A stretch of 64,000 nucleotides of DNA from Raillietiella orientalis (Eukaryota), in the NCBI GenBank assembly GCA_036172245.1, contig JAYWIR010000082.1:186001-250000 (forward strand), written 5' to 3'. The notes under the pieces were generated by a model. That model saw only the letters and a list, made by a program, of their open reading frames with translations, was not told the DNA's origin and did no database searches. Shown piece by piece: positions 23,649 to 38,456 of the stretch. Positions within the stretch are counted from its first letter, which is position 1, and each line of letters opens with the position of its first letter. The translations under genes were made by a program, and so were the position numbers.

Positions 23649-26600
23649 CTGAAAATCCAAGCTGAATCCTCTAGTTTACTTTTTATTTCTTCCCGTCTCA
23701 CTAGTGGAGGAGATCTTGAAATCCTCGTCAGTTTAGCTCTTGAAGTGTACAAGTGGAGATAATGTGGGCACCTCATGATGCAATGATCCCTCTTAACTCT
23801 CTGGATCCCCTCGTGCCAGAATCCTCTCTGTCGGTTAGTCATCGCTCCCTTCCAGTTTCAACTCCACTCGTAAAGGAGGAGAAAAAGCAAGGGAAAACAC
23901 GAAAGTAGAAGACAGAGACAAGACAGGCATCTAAAGCAGAGTCAGCAGCTCTTCGAAGTGGAAATCTGAGCCGACTGATGGTAATGAAGTGTTGGTCTGT
24001 GGCGGCCAGACGATCACTTGCTTCGGAGTGTTCCCAAAGTGCTACTTTCGCAAAAAAATGATCAGCATCGCAATCCCTTCTGCCCTGGTTTAAGAACAGC
24101 ACAGAAAAGAATTTATAAATCAATAAGAACCTTCACGGACATTAGCACTGATCCAATTATCACCTGATTTCTTTGTGTAAAGGGGATACTTCAAGAGATT
24201 TCTCCAAAGGCGCGGAAATGGAATTGACGTTTTGTGCGAGAAGATGAAGGGACGAAATCTTGATTAAGTGCTGTAACTAGCAAAACCTAATGGAAACGAC
24301 TAAGAAACTTCGTTGTTGGACAGGATGGAGAGCTTTGTTATCTCTCTAAGGATAACAGACTCAAAGATCAATGCTGAATTCTGATGAATTCTAGATCCCC
24401 TCAAACACTGTGCATCCAAAGAAGGTTCGCGCGAATCACAATGGAACTTCTACTATCGTATCGCAGTTCCCAATCGCACCGGGCATCTCTTTAGCTCTAC
24501 GACATGCTCACAACGCCCGATTCCACATCGGGACCGTGTCTTTTCCTAACTTGCAGCCGGTCAACGTGGTGTCTCGACGACACCGCATTCTGCAGTGCCG
24601 CACATTGTAGAATTGGAAAACTGGAAAATCCTGCCTGATGAGCTAATCACTTGCTCTCCGGGTGGCATCCTCATTGCTTTTCGCAAATCATTCAATGTTA
24701 GTTCCGTACTTCTCCAGAGAGAAGCTTTCTTATTTTTTTTTCTCCGCCCGGAAACTGATCTTCCTTGCTAGAAAACCTTGCTAGGAGAGCTATTTGTCTA
24801 GATAAAGGCAAGAAGATTTTTCCCCAAAATCAGCAACATCCGACCAGAAAACCTCCGAATACTGAACACGCCTGTGGAAACAGAAATTCAGAACCACCAT
24901 TCTGAATAGGGATGGCTAGCACCGAAACCAAAGGAAGCCGTCAAAAGGATTTGTTTAGAAAAATCGGATAACATCACGCTCTGCTGAATCATCCCTGAGT
25001 CAGACCTACGAATCTTGGGTGAAGAAAGAGAAAATGATTAGAGAAGATACCTAGCATCAACTTAGTACCTGCGATCGGAAACATGCAATCTTCGCCTTCG
25101 TTGCGGACAATTGCTCCTCTTTGCAAGAGTCGAGGTGAATACCCCACCAAGAAAAAAGTATGAGAATTCATCTTCAAGGGACTCTGGAAGTTTTGTTCTA
25201 AAAATTTAGTCTTCAACACACGAGTGTAGTCACGGGAAACAAACTCACGATGCCTCGGAATGTCTGTGGAGCCCAAAATGTGTCCTTCGAAAGCTCAGAT
25301 ACGAGTCCTGCTATCCCGTCTTATTAGAAACGGAAGTTGAGGTTTTCTTCTTTGTTATTTTTTTGAGAATGCTACACGCGATCTCCGGTCCATGTTATCT
25401 TTTCGCTATCCGGAAGTACTCAGCTCTCCAATAGCTTCACTCGAGTTTTGTGTTTTGCTTGCTCAAAAGTGCTCTAATACGAAAGGTGTCTGATTGCCTG
25501 GTTCAAACGATCAAAGGTCTCCCTTTCTTCAAGTAAACTGAGTGCGTCTGGACGGTTCCAAGCAGGCTGCTATGACTTCAAGATATTGATTCATCCTAAG
25601 AAACCGGAGGTTCTCAACCTCTATTCTGTTCTGTGAGTCCAATTTTCATCCTTGAGAGGGATGAAACGCTTCTTTTTCTCTTTGAGCAGTTTCGCCTTAC
25701 GCCTCAAACACTGCTCCGTCTCTAAGGCCCACCATCCCTACTGCTGCCTGGAAATCCCAAGCTTCGTGCTACTGTCCTCCTTGCTTGGTCCAGCAGTCGG
25801 TTTCTTTGTGATCGATTGTTTGTTTTGGTGAAACTCATTCCCTGCTCCCGAGGTTTTCCAAGTGCAGTTCATGCATCGAGGCAAGATGAGACAGATGCAG
25901 AGATCGGGAATTTATGCCTATCTTCCTTGAGGATGTTTCAAATGAAACGATGCCAACTTGTTTCTGAGGTGAGGCTTTGCTACGGACAGAATCGACCTCA
26001 GCTTGGTTTTCCCTTTAAGCAGGAAAGTTTCTTCGACCTTTGTTTGCTGCGTCCTTCGACTCTTCTGGCTGTGGGAAACCTCCCGATGGCATTGCTGATG
26101 ATCTCTTTTATTTTTATCCTTTTCATTTTTTTCGGTTGCGTCTTTCGTTTGAACACCGAAATACTCAACAGAGGGTGGTCGACTTTCCACAGTAAGGACA
26201 GGCGGTCGCTCCGTCGCCCCGTCTGGAGTAACTAGCAGTGCCCTGATTTCATCTTTTCCTACCTTGGCAGTGAAGTGGAAGTGATTGAAAGGAGGAAGCA
26301 ATACGGAGAAGGAGCTGAGCTTCTCCTTCTCAGGTGCTTGGAAAATTTTCCTTTGAAAATCGAGAGTCAATCAAATTTTTCAGATTTTGCGATAAACACT
26401 GAAAGAAATTTTGCTGGTTTTCACATCATAATGTCATAATGTCTTCTCCACTATTCTTGAGAATGCATGTTCCGTTGCTATGCACTGATCTGGTACACAA
26501 TTCCATTGATGGTGCGTGACCAGAGATGGATTTCTTTAAAAAAAAAAATGGAACATGATTTTTGAGCAAGACCAGTAGCAGCCAAATCCCCTCCGTAACG

Positions 26601-28410
26601 TCACCATGCCCTACGAGCCGTCCTCTGCGGCTCGCGGAGTAACTGAACGTGCCCCCCCTCTGCCCCCTCATTCTTCAGCCGTTGCTCTTCCCCAGAACTT
26701 GAAGGCAGAGATATCCTTGTCTCATCAGGCAACATGGAAGCTGCCGAGATGCTACTCATAGCTTCAGCCGATGTGCATCGTCACAGGAAGCGTCCATCTC
26801 GTCTTCCTAGTGTTTCGGCGTCACTCAGGATGCCTGCACAGCAAGCAGAAGGAGCCGCTTCTTCAGAAGATTTATCAACTCGAGGGGTATTTCTTTGCGA
26901 TACCTGAACTTTCAAGCAGCGATGATAGGAGGGTGGGGTTCTCATGAGCACGATGCTTGCACTTCGTTCTGCGCGAGTCCTCGAGCGTCTCCGGAATTCT
27001 CCTGCTTCCTGATATCCCTCTACCTTCTCTTTCTTCTGAAGTGGGGATTTGGAAAACTCCAGTTTTCCACCAGAAATCCTTGTTCGATAAACCACTAAGA
27101 ACGTGGATGCGCGCGTGAGGCAGATCCGCTCAGGAAAATCGATGCTACGCAGAAGTGTCAGCTTTGATGTTCCAAATCGAAGAGTTGGGCAGCAGTGCCT
27201 TCGGTGGATCCGCACGACCAGAATCGTTAGCTTGGCCGCACCACTGCCAACAGGATCAGGAAAGGAAAAGTGTTATCCTCCAGATGTTCTACGTACAGGA
27301 GAAGTGATAGCCTAGATGTAAATCTTCGAAATTTCTTAGCGATGAACATGACCGGGAATATTAGGGCATGTGTGTTTTTGTCCATATGCCGTATGCGTAC
27401 AGCTTCAAAGAAGCTTCAATCACCTGCAGAAGTCTTCATTCCTGAATGCTTCACTCTCAGCAAAGGTTTCCGTGTGAAGATTACCGAGGACTCTTCTGCA
27501 TATCGTAATGACGAACAAAACCTATGATCAAATTACGATTCCCCCGCTAGAGGTCTTCTGCACGGGTACGCGACTGTTTCGAGGACCATGGCTTCTTCCT
27601 CGTTCAACTGAACGCACTAGTCCTTGTGAAGATTCAAGTGAGAATGAGACCTTCTTCTAAAGTCCGCAGAAGGCGGAGGACGAGGCACAGTGGCGAATCG
27701 TAACACTTCTTGCATCCTGATGCAGTAAAGATTAATCGAGTGCTCCCAGCTTCATGAATTTTCCTACTCAAGAAAGAGCAGAATAGATGAATCACACCTT
27801 CCAGCCGATCCCCAAATCCGCTGATCCCACATCAGGCAGGCATCTGACCGTCTAATTATCGAGGTGAGGTAAACCTTTCAGCAGACTTCGTTTTGGGACA
27901 GAGATTGGCCATTCCTTCCGGTCAACTTTTATCTGAAATCTCATCTGCTCTTCTATCTGTGGGACAGGCAGAGAAACGACACGTTTTCTGGCTATCTCTT
28001 CTTCAGCCCGGGATTTTCTCGCACTCTGCTTTTCCATGCTCGCTGGAATTCATTTGCATGAGTGGTTGCTCTAGGAGGATGTTTCCACAGGAAAGATGTT
28101 TATGAAAGGATCATAAGCGAAGAGCAGCAAACCTGCCAAAGTACATCGGCAAAGAGCCTCCGAAACGCAATGATAGGTAGCAGGAGAGAATCACTGAGGA
28201 AATGAACGAGGCAAAGAAAGGAAAGCAGCGGAAACAGAAAGCATAGATTTTCCATTGGCATTAGAAAGCTTAGACAAAGGTCACTCCAGGATAGGAAAAA
28301 ACATCATTTCTCTCCCTGTTGAGAGAAATTTTAAATGCAAAGTGCAAGAACAAGTAATGAAGGAGCTTCAGATTCCAGTTTTGTACGGAGACTTCAATAC
28401 GACCACATCA

Positions 28411-29110
28411 GCGCCCGCATTGGCGGCCGCGTGGATGCGATATCCGTGCAAGCCACCACGTGCTACAGGTTCGAATCCCCACGTGGAGGATCCACGTCGA
28501 GAAACGTCGTAACGAAAGCACTGGGTTTCGAGTTTTCCCCTCAGGATGAGCTGGCTGGTCTTATAGGCTACGGGTGTGGCACCGGATGATCCGCTAAGTG
28601 GCCGGGATTGGAAGTTGACCTCTGGGGTCGTTCCAGGAATCAAGAAGTCCTTCAAGGCTCCCTCCGGTTGTAAAAATGGAGCCGTTCCATGGAGCTGATT
28701 GATACTCCCTCCGGCGGGTTAAATTCTAGAAGGGGGGGGATTGCCTCTCCACTATGTAAGAAGCGCGCTGCTCCTTCGTGGAGCGCCCTTCAGAGAAATT
28801 TGGAAGCTTCCCTCCAGGGTTCTCTTCAAGAGGAGTAACAAGGAGCGGCTCCCTTGAGGGTTCCTTCCGGAAAAAAAATTCCAGAGTTCCCTTCGGAGAA
28901 GAAAATGAGGATTAGTTCCTTCCGGGGGGTCTTTCCGGAGAGAATAAGGAAGGGGCTCCCTTCGAGGTTCCCTTTTTGAGACAACCAGGGAGGAGGGTTT
29001 CCTTCCTCCTTTCTCCTTCCTAGATCCATAGGGTAGTCCCTTAGGGGTTATTCCCTAACTCAGAGAGTTACATGCATCGTCGGATGTCCTGGACGTTGTT
29101 AAAGAGCTTG
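28411..29110 (+). mobile_element. tRNA-derived SINE-like element, copy 2 (intact head, 3' end eroded)
   Basis: TGGCGGCCGCGTGG (28421-28434) and GGTTCGAATCCC (28468-28479) are identical to the copy 1 boxes. Body motifs such as ttccaggaatcaag, cttcagagaaatt.ggaag and aaggagcggctcccttg are shared with the other copies. Confidence 0.8.
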
Positions 29111-32100
29111 CCCCCACCTCCCTTCTCCCTAGGGAGATGAACGATTCTTCAACACTTAGCGAACCATATTTTCGCAGGAAGACATATCTAAACTATGATA
29201 ATCACTGGAGCATATCGGTACGGAACAGTCCCCACGCTGTCGGGTTTCACTCGATAGGTAACTTGTGGATGAAAATGGAACATGAGAAAAAGCACAGTAC
29301 AGCATAAGGTGGAAAACGTAGACTTCGAACTGTCTGGAAGCTTCCGTGTTACACGCCGTTGGTGCTTTGGGTTCTCAGAATAGGCCGACCAGTGGTACAG
29401 AGAGTTTCATGGAGATGAGATAAGGGATGAAGACAGATGCGCACCCACCCCACCAGGGAAGACGCATCATTCAAAGAAATTCGTACAAGTGGATGCAGGG
29501 CTGCACGGCTGCAGCAGCTGCGCAGAGGAGTCGTGAATGAAACAGGACCAGGGACGCATTCAGTGCAAAAGAGAACTTTTGCTACTTAGTATTTTGCCTC
29601 TTCCTCCGTCTGCGGTTCAAATTTCTAGTCGACAACACTTCTTCTGGCAGGGGGGAAAAGAAAAGAAAGTGAAGCAAGCATCTTCGCAATATTTTCCGCA
29701 ATCCGCTGACCCCAGTCTTAAAGTTTTACCATTGCCTCTCTCTGACTCTGTCTGTCCTTGTCAGACAATATCAAGCTATCAGGCAATTCATCGAGCAGTG
29801 TCCGCAAACACTTTGTACTTCACACTGCCATTGCCAATACAGTTTTTCTTTCTTTTATGTGTATAACCATATGGATGGGGAAAAGATTCTAGAGAAAGGA
29901 AAAGAATAGCATCCTGTTCCTAAGATGCTTCCATGTATGCGCAATTTTACGGATGCGTGAAGAAAGGTAGGAAAGCCGAAACATTGCTGTGAGCACTGTT
30001 TCAAAGTCTTCATGAACATCAGAGATCCATCGCGTGTTGTTGTGGAACGTTCTCAGCAGTGAGTTTATAGATTACTTAATATTGAGTTAATTTTCAAGAT
30101 ACAAGACCCAACCAAAGCAACCCGCTGGTGACGACAGGGTTTGCATTCTCGAAAAATCACATCAATCCTGACGATGTTGCCGAACGAGAACCGAATTTAT
30201 TTGGCTGCTTTGCTTGGTAACGACAAAGATGTGAACTGCAACATGGGGTGCAAGCTGGAAATAGCATTTAAAGTAAACTTTGGAATGCGTTTGCTGTACA
30301 TCTGAAATTAGAAGACTTCAGTTCTTATGATGTGAAAAGAGCATTCTGGCCCTCAAGACTTTAAACTGGTGAAGAAATAATGCACCATTCTTCCTCACAG
30401 GCACAAGTAATAATTACTACTCTTTGGTAAGAAAGTCTTCTAATGATGAGGATACGACTTCCACAAACTTCATGGAGAAGATTGGCGCTGCTCGAATGGC
30501 CTCGTTCGCTATTTGCCACCTATGTTGCATAATCCTTCCAGCACCATGGGAATGACCCAATCCTTTCCTGCTGGAGTGTTTGAATGCACGAACTCCTTTG
30601 CTCCTTCAAAGACAGTTCAACCTGAATCAAACGGACCTTTCTTTCGTGCCTAAATGGACATTCGTCTCTCTGCAAGAGGATATCTCCTTTCCAATGCCGT
30701 TCCCTACCTGCATCTCTTGTCTGTAAAGATCATTCCGCTGCCTTTGGCACGGTGCAATTTTTTTTTTTTTTGGAGGGGGTGGGGAAGGGGGAGATTCCTT
30801 GTTAACCAAAATGCTTTTGCACCTGCACTTTTCGAGCTTCACACTTTTTGAGGTATCTTTAAGTATCCGCACGAGCATTCAAGCCTGCTTGATCATTTTG
30901 TAGGTGCACGCCCACAAAGACCGAGAATAAATTACTGTCTGCGAGGATTGTCAAAAACACTTAAATCTCACGGCACGCTCGATCCAGCCTCTATTAGAAC
31001 GAACTGACTTCTAGGAGCCGTGAACTCATTGGTTTCTCCTTTCGGATGCATCAGCCAAAAGAGGGTCGTTGCAAACATGCATTATCAAATTGCGGGTGAT
31101 GAAGATGAGAACGCACTGGATTTTCTATCTTTGTAATCATTTCGCCCGAAGTCTGGACCAATGTGCCATTTCAGCACCAACTAATACTTGTGGAGAAGCA
31201 CTCCTTTAAGAAAATCTCCATAACTTTAAAATCTGAAGCTCTCTTACCGGCTGCTGTTTGTGGAAAAAAAGAAATAAAAAATTTCCTAAGAAAGAAAAGA
31301 AGAATGCATTGAAGCGTAAAAATTTTATGATTATGCGATTTCATCTCGTCAACGAGGGCGTTATAAGAAAAATAAGCTCGTTTTTTGCAAAACTGAGTTC
31401 TCTCCTGCAAAGCAGTCAAGACGAGTTAGAAAACGAGATGCAGAAATTCCTCCTGGATTGCTGAACTGCAATGAGATTAGCTCTCTTTCTTTTCTTTTCT
31501 TTTTTTTCGAGACCATCTCTGTACGAATTCTTTGTGCTTTTCCGTAAAAATAAGAATTTGCATGAATTTCCTTATCCTTCCTCATAATCATCTAATGGCG
31601 CCGTGTCCGCCAAGTACCAACAGTAGAATATTTCCTTCAGCTCTACAACTTTGAAGTGAATTAATTCATCAAGGACCCAACCGAGTAAACACTCCGCAAA
31701 CTAATTTTCCTAGGGAAAGTGTAGAAGCTATAGAAGTTTTATTGTTATTCTGCCCATTCCTTCACCTCTATATCAATTAAAAACTTTCTTTTAAATGCAT
31801 TCTAATTCTAACAGAGTATCAACAGAGAACAGAACGATACTCATGAGATTCAATAGAGTGGAATTCTATGAATTCCAGGAATATAAAAACGGTACGTGAA
31901 CAATCAGCAAGAACGAGAAGGCTGTATCTGGACTCACATGTAGTACTCGTAATTTTGATTGCTTTCCAGACGAAATCGAGGTTCCCAGAAGCTTCCTGAT
32001 ATGCACCGTAAAGCTGGTATGTTATGGACCCATATCTGCTTGCAGGAGTTAGACCTTCAATTCCAGAACTTCTTCGGCAAACATCTTCAGATTGGTCAAC

Positions 32101-32296
32101 CACGATCTTGAAAGGAGAATAAATTTATTAGGAAAAGTACAACAAGTGGATAATTTGGCATCTGAAAGACACAGCTGTGCATCTTGATTGTAGTGCGTAA
32201 CTCCTTTCATCTGGACCTCCCGCCTGGTTCGCAACCAGTTTACTGTGGCTTGAGCAGCGCGAGAGTGCTCTTTGAGCGACCCATATTATCATTAGT

Positions 32297-32323
32297 AAAA
32301 AAAAAAAAAAAAAAAAAAAAAAA
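32297..32323. repeat. Poly(A) run of 27 nt
   Basis: Read directly. Confidence 0.95.
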
Positions 32324-35300
32324 GACATGAGGAGCTGCATTTCTACAGCCCTGAAATCTCTTTTAAATAACCGACCAGGATTTCAAACGCGCTTCCAAGT
32401 TACTTTAGCGCTTCACTTTGAAGTCATCTGCATCTTCTCTGATTTCACCCACTTCGATTCGACCCATTGCGTGCTGGTCATTTGAAGTCGTGGATTCCAG
32501 TTTTCGACGTGTCCCAACATAATGACAGAGCTTGGAAAAGATACCGACACATCTCTTGTTCACCCCCCTTCCCCCGCCCGTCCTCCCATCCCTATGCAGC
32601 ATGAGCTACACGAACGGTCTGAATTAGCAAAGGATTGGAAATCCAATCAGCGAAAAGTTTGAGGAAACCGCAACGGCTCTGTCAGCGAAATAGTTCTCTA
32701 TGATTCCTTCATGGACTTTCGAAAGCCTCAGCTCTCCTAGCTTCGTCGGTCCCTTTTTTCGCGAGCATCAGTTTCAGGATTCAGATGATGTCCGTTTCAT
32801 CTTCGCTGAGAAGTGGCCGAATTCCGATCTGCAGCATTTCATCCTTAAAGTCACGCTTTTCGTTTTGGAAGCAAAACCTCTGCTGCAATGGCGAATTTTT
32901 AGAATGCCGATTCATGATTCTGTAATCTAAAGCCCTATAGTCGGGAAAGAAGAGGGAAAAGCCCCATTAATCGTCGCTGCTGATCTGATGCTTAGCAGGC
33001 GTTCGTGTCAGTAATGCACTTGCGTACGTAAGGAATTTTATTTATCAAGTGGGCAGCAGGAACTTAATGGTCAGGAGCAGCGCATCGATTTGGATACTGC
33101 AAGATCATGAGAATCGTTAAACTGACTCCCTTTATAGCTGATACGAGTAGTCAAAGGTGAATGAAGGGATTTTCTTGTCCTTAAGGATAAAGTCAGCAAA
33201 GCAGAGTGAGCGAGATGAGAAGAAAGTGTAGAATGACGTGGAAGGCCATCAAAGGCCACGGAAGAACGGTCACTGAGTCGCTTTGAAAATTTTCTCCCTG
33301 CTTTCCGCTTACGGATCCTTTTGTCCTTCTGGTACTGATGAATGCCTGGCACAAAAATGATAGATTGTCCCTACACGCACTCAAATTCGGGAGAGGCTCC
33401 CATTTTGGTATGCTCACGACATGCAGAGTTTGCAAGATTTTAGGGCAGACGACATTCCTTGCCTTACAAGGAATCAAGAGTTGGTGTTGACGGTACTCGG
33501 AGGCCGAGGTCGATGCGCGGCAATGCGAAAACCCTACAAACGTCTTCTAATTCTTTCGGCGACTCAAAGCAGAAAGAGAAATCTCTGTTGGGCACAAGTG
33601 ACAAAAATCATCAGACTGGCCAATCAAGCCAAGAGGCGGTTGTTCCAGGCACCAGAGATTCCAACGAAAACTCTTGCGACGCACTGAGGAACTTCGAATC
33701 GGATTTGGAACCAGAAAAAAGAACAATCTTATTGCCACCGGAGGAGATTCCATGGTTTCGTGGTTAGCAAGCAGCACTGCAACAAGTGATAACGAAAATC
33801 CTTGTTCAGACTCTTCAAGAGCTTGAGAGTCTTACTTGGAACAAGACGACAATAGGGAGAAAAATAGGGAAATGGGACGCCAACAGTTTCGAAATACACA
33901 GAAGGAAACACCCACGAAGTGGGGAAACGATGCGACTATCCTAGAAGGCACCTGGCGAATCCATTGCAACACAACGTGCCGGAAATCGCTCCCAAACACG
34001 TGCGATCGAAAGCAATGAGGATAGAATTGGGATGCTCTGCAAGCAGTTTCTGCTTCCTGTAGCAAATCCACGTTGCCAGGGTCAGACATCGGCGTGTTGG
34101 ATTTGAAACCGGGAGCTTTGATGGCATGAAAACTACTTTGATCAGATGTCTGTTTGGACGTGATGGTACATTTTCCAGAACACTTTGGACCACGGTTTCT
34201 GAAATCGCAAATCTCGATTCACTTCAAGTTTCCTTTTACATATTTTGCATATTTGCATCCCGATATGCAAACTTATTTGTATCTCTGTGCATAATTCAAA
34301 AGTATAAGATCAGGATACATTTAAATGTCGATACGAAATTATGGAATCTGACCTCTAGCTGACTTTCAGAAATAAAAATCTTAGAATAGGACAGTTTGTT
34401 TGTTTTCTACTTGATTTTTCTCCTTTTATATATATTTTTTCTATTCTTGGAATAACCGTTTCCAGATTAAGAACTGGGGACCTATTAAGTAAAATATCAA
34501 ATGCCAGAACCAGTTGCTGAATCTTATGCTTTTCTGGAATCTTTGTGGAGACTTGAAAGTGGAGTTTCAGATTATTCTATTTTTAATAATTGTCCTGTGC
34601 GTGCCATTTGCATTTTCCTCTGCTCTTCCTTATGTCTTCAGAATGATATTTTCGTTCTCGTAAAATGTTTCATTTTCTGTTTAGCTTCTACCCATTTCAG
34701 CTTATTTTATACCTTGGTGGTTGTTAATCTACAGACTTTGCTGTAATGACGAAAAAGCGCCACAGGCATTCCAAGATATCACTTTTCATCAGTAAGCTAA
34801 CATCGTATCTTTTTAATGTTAGAAAGGACTCGCAGTTTGCGCTCATTTCACTTTCACTGAAGTCTTCTCGGGCAACTTAAATGACCTAGAAATTAACTAC
34901 TTCTCCAGAGTTGCTCTTTATCCCGCTCCATAATCTCCATGAAGCTCGTTTCCACAACTACCTTTTTGCAGCAGTTTACAGGCCTTACCGTTTTGCTTCC
35001 TTCTCGATCAGATGCATTGGCTTTCTCTTCTGTATGCTTGAATCTAGCAGTTCGGCGTGCTGTGCAGAGTAACTTCTTTGCAGCCACATTTTCATTCGAC
35101 AGATTGTACATTTCCGGTTTTAAGACTGCTGGCAGACTGCTGGATGTGCAGAGTTGCGATTCGTCGGTCACGGAACCATACTAAGAGTTCGTTTATTTTC
35201 CGTCATTACTCTCATCATCGTTTTCGAAAAGCCTGGAAAGTCTGGAATGCGAATGTCTGGGAATTGTCTGGAATCTTAATTTATACACTCGCATTTCTAG

Positions 35301-37653
35301 AAGGTTCTTGGTTTCAATTGGTTCTTTTGCTTCTACGATACGCATTTCTCAAACATGGTTTTGTCCACCTTTGTCCACAGACACTGTAACAGTGATACGG
35401 AACCATCACTATGACTGGATGATGAGCAGAAATGCAAAAAAAGATGCCAATGCTAGGCGATGCTCTCATGGCTCTTTGCCTCATCGAACCTGTAGGCTTC
35501 CCTTTCTATTTTTAGCTGCTCCGGAAAATCTAATTTTCTTCTTCCTCGGTTGTATTTTCATCTTTGAACTGTCGATAGGACACCCTAGGAAAATGATCAG
35601 GGAATATTCATTCCTGACATTTCTGGATCCTTTCAATTGAGCTTTCGGCAACACTTTTACGATTCCCAGAGATCCCGGCAATTCGAGTAGGGAAACCCAT
35701 TTTCAGGACCGCGTGTGCTGAGCTGATCTTGCGGGCGGCAGGTTCACCAGCTGAGAGTTTCCGCCGCAGTTCTGGTGGGGATGGTCGAAGAACTTTCAGG
35801 CTTGAGATGCCGCGGAGTTGCAAAATTCCTTAAAATTCAGGAAATGTGCTGAGCGAAATAATTTTCTTGCCCCTCGGGATGAATAGGAGGGTGAAATGGG
35901 ACAAATGACTTCCTGGTTGCAACTAGAAATTCAATCCTTGGCATTTAAATCCCAGTCGCGAGGCTCAGCTATCAGCGATTCCCTCACTATCACGGAGAAA
36001 CATTAAAACCAAGACCACTAGAGGTGGGAGCTTCTTTGGCTTGCTGAAGAACTCGAAAGTTTCGTAAATTTACACGGAAGAATTAAAAAAAAAAACACCC
36101 GGAGAGTAAGAAGATGCTAAGGATTATTCTGTATGACAATCTTTTGAATTATGTGGAGCAGTAAGACATGGAGTGGGATCGCATCCAGATCATCCAGTGA
36201 GACTGTCGGTCGCATTTCCAAGCTCCCTGATACTAAAAGCTGCAACTAAGTGGAAGACCCCCAGTTCAGGGGATCAAAGCAGAAAATGGCGGAGGTTTTG
36301 CTCAAATATTTAATTACGAGGGATCAAAAGAAACGTCGAGTAGATGATGCTCTGGAGAGCCATTCGCAGTTGCTTTCCATATTCTGCAACATGCACGAGG
36401 GGATCAACGACGTTTGCGCCACTCTAAACAGATGAGTGCATGGAGCTACTCGTCACTTTCTAGAAGCTGCAAGAGGAAGGTGGGGCCGAGAATGGTCAAG
36501 TAGTAGAGAGAATTCAAATCTGACAAGATTCTGATTTTACAAAGGGTGGACAACCACGGTGCGTCCTCGGGCTACTCGGACAGCGTCTTCTCGAGTCTTC
36601 TCCTCTATTAGCAAGTGCGAAAATCATTGTCGCAACTACCCCTAAGTATCAGGAAGCCAGCAGGAAGGCTTGAACCCTGAATTTTGTTTTCAACCGGAAG
36701 CAAGACTTCTGATTCTGCGGCCTCCCAATCAGAATCTCATGAATTCCGATTCTGCTTCTGAATTTCCTTCAATTTCCTCCATGAGATCCAACTTGTTTTT
36801 CTCTCGAAAAGCACAACCGGAGGATTTTTCGGTATATCTTCTTTCGAAGCTCACATGAGCTTTCTCTTTGTGCCGGAGGCAGTCGTGTTATCAGTATGAT
36901 CTGCGGGGCTCGCATTTTTTGTACGGCATGATGCTGATCACACGAAAAATTCACGCGATTTCCTCTTCTTTCAAATTTCGCGATTGCAACAAAACGGTGC
37001 TCTTTTCGAAAAGTTCCCCTCGATCTTCGAAGGGCAATCCTTCTTAACCGAGAGCCATTGAAGCAGGATTCAAGTCAAATAGCCGATTGTAAGTGGGCTA
37101 CAGAGCTCTCGAGGGGGGAAGAAAAACCGGGACCTGATGATCAATACCTTCGTCTCGTGATCGCTGATTTCGGTGTCCTCGAGGCGAGACTTTTTAAAAA
37201 CGAGTTCGATGACTTTTGAATTCACCTAGGAGACGGATTCACATCTCGGCGTGTTAGTCGGTTACAACCCTTGAATTCCCTTATGTTCTTCATCACAAGA
37301 AAACACACTCGAATAGACAGATGCTGCTCACGAGCTCTTGCAGAACCATCTTGCTCAAGGACCTCGAGAGCACACGCCACTTCAAGAGCTCCCATCCCTC
37401 CCGGAACGAGGCGAGCGAGTTGCTTCGTGCTCTGAAAGATCCAAAGCGGACAATCAGTTAGTCTTCTCACGAAAATGAAACATGACGTGGAAAAGATGTA
37501 TCGAGGAGATTTCGAGCTCGCTGGAATTCCTCGAGCACGGTTACCACAACCACGGAAACCACTCATAGGAAGTCCAAGACCACGAACGTGTCCGATATAC
37601 ACATAATTAAGAATTTCTAGTTTTCTCTTATGTGTATGTCAGTGCTGAATCTT

Positions 37654-37685
37654 TGTGTGTGTGTATGTGTGTGTGTGTGTGCGTG
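37654..37685. repeat. (TG)n microsatellite, imperfect
   Basis: tgtgtgtgtgtatgtgtgtgtgtgtgtgcgtg, read directly. Confidence 0.95.
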
Positions 37686-37833
37686 CTTACTTACAAAGGA
37701 TATTTAGCTTTCCTTATTTATCAAGAATTTTCATATATTTGCTTACGTATTCTTTTTCTTATATCATTCTTTATTGATTTTATACCACTCTCCATCTCGA
37801 TCTCAAGACATGCACAAAATGTGCTTCTTTTGC

Positions 37834-38410
37834 TTTTTTTGGTCCGCTAAGCACTGAAGAACCGTTTGCCTAGGGGCTCACGATGCTTTTTGACATTGGA
37901 CCACCATCTGAGGGTGAGTGTCAGCTCATCAGGGGATGACTCTGGGGGAACTACACCATGAATTTAGGAACGCTCCAGAGGAGTTGCTCTAACGCTTGGG
38001 AGCGGCCTCCACCCTGACTGTCTCTGAAGGGAACCTCTTATTCTCTCCGGAGGGGCCCCCTGGAAGGAGCCACTCATTTTCTTCTCCGAAGGGAACCAGG
38101 AAAGACTGCCCTCCAGGAATTTTTTCTCCAGAAGCAACCCGCAAGGGAACCGCTACTTGCTTCCTCCTCTGAAGAGAACCCCAAAGGGAGGCTTCCGAAT
38201 TTCTATGAAGGGAGATCCACCAAGGGAGCAACGCACTTCTTACACAGTGGAGAGACAATCCCTCCCTTCTAGAATTTTACCCCCGAGGAACGGCACCATT
38301 TTCACAACCAGAGGGGAGTCCCGAAGGACTGCTTGATTCCTGGAATGACCACAGAGGCCAACTTCCAATCCTGGCCACTCTGCGGAGTCATCCGGCTTCC
38401 ACCGGTGCCT
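37834..38410 (-). mobile_element. SINE-like element, copy 3 (head missing)
   Basis: The + strand ctgaagagaacccc...gcttccgaatttct...aagggagca.cgcacttctt...cttgattcctggaa matches 13085-13283. The minus-strand 3' end aacggttcttcagtgctta is followed by an A-rich tail (T run 37834-37840). Confidence 0.78.
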
Positions 38411-38456
38411 CACCCGAAGTCTATCAACCAGATTTGAAGGAATTCCCTCCAATATC

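Noticed and set aside
28387..28398. GDFN endonuclease-like motif just before SINE copy 2
   Set aside because: A four-residue match with no other APE motifs around it.
28411..28490. Possible tRNA gene (also 13430-13510)
   Set aside because: A/B boxes are present, but I cannot build a convincing cloverleaf. The two copies differ widely between the boxes and both run into the same repeat body, so they are SINE heads.
33459..33767. Hydrophilic + strand ORF with a possible donor (also 47697-48116 and 48961-49374)
   Set aside because: No phase-compatible neighbouring exons and no recognisable motifs.
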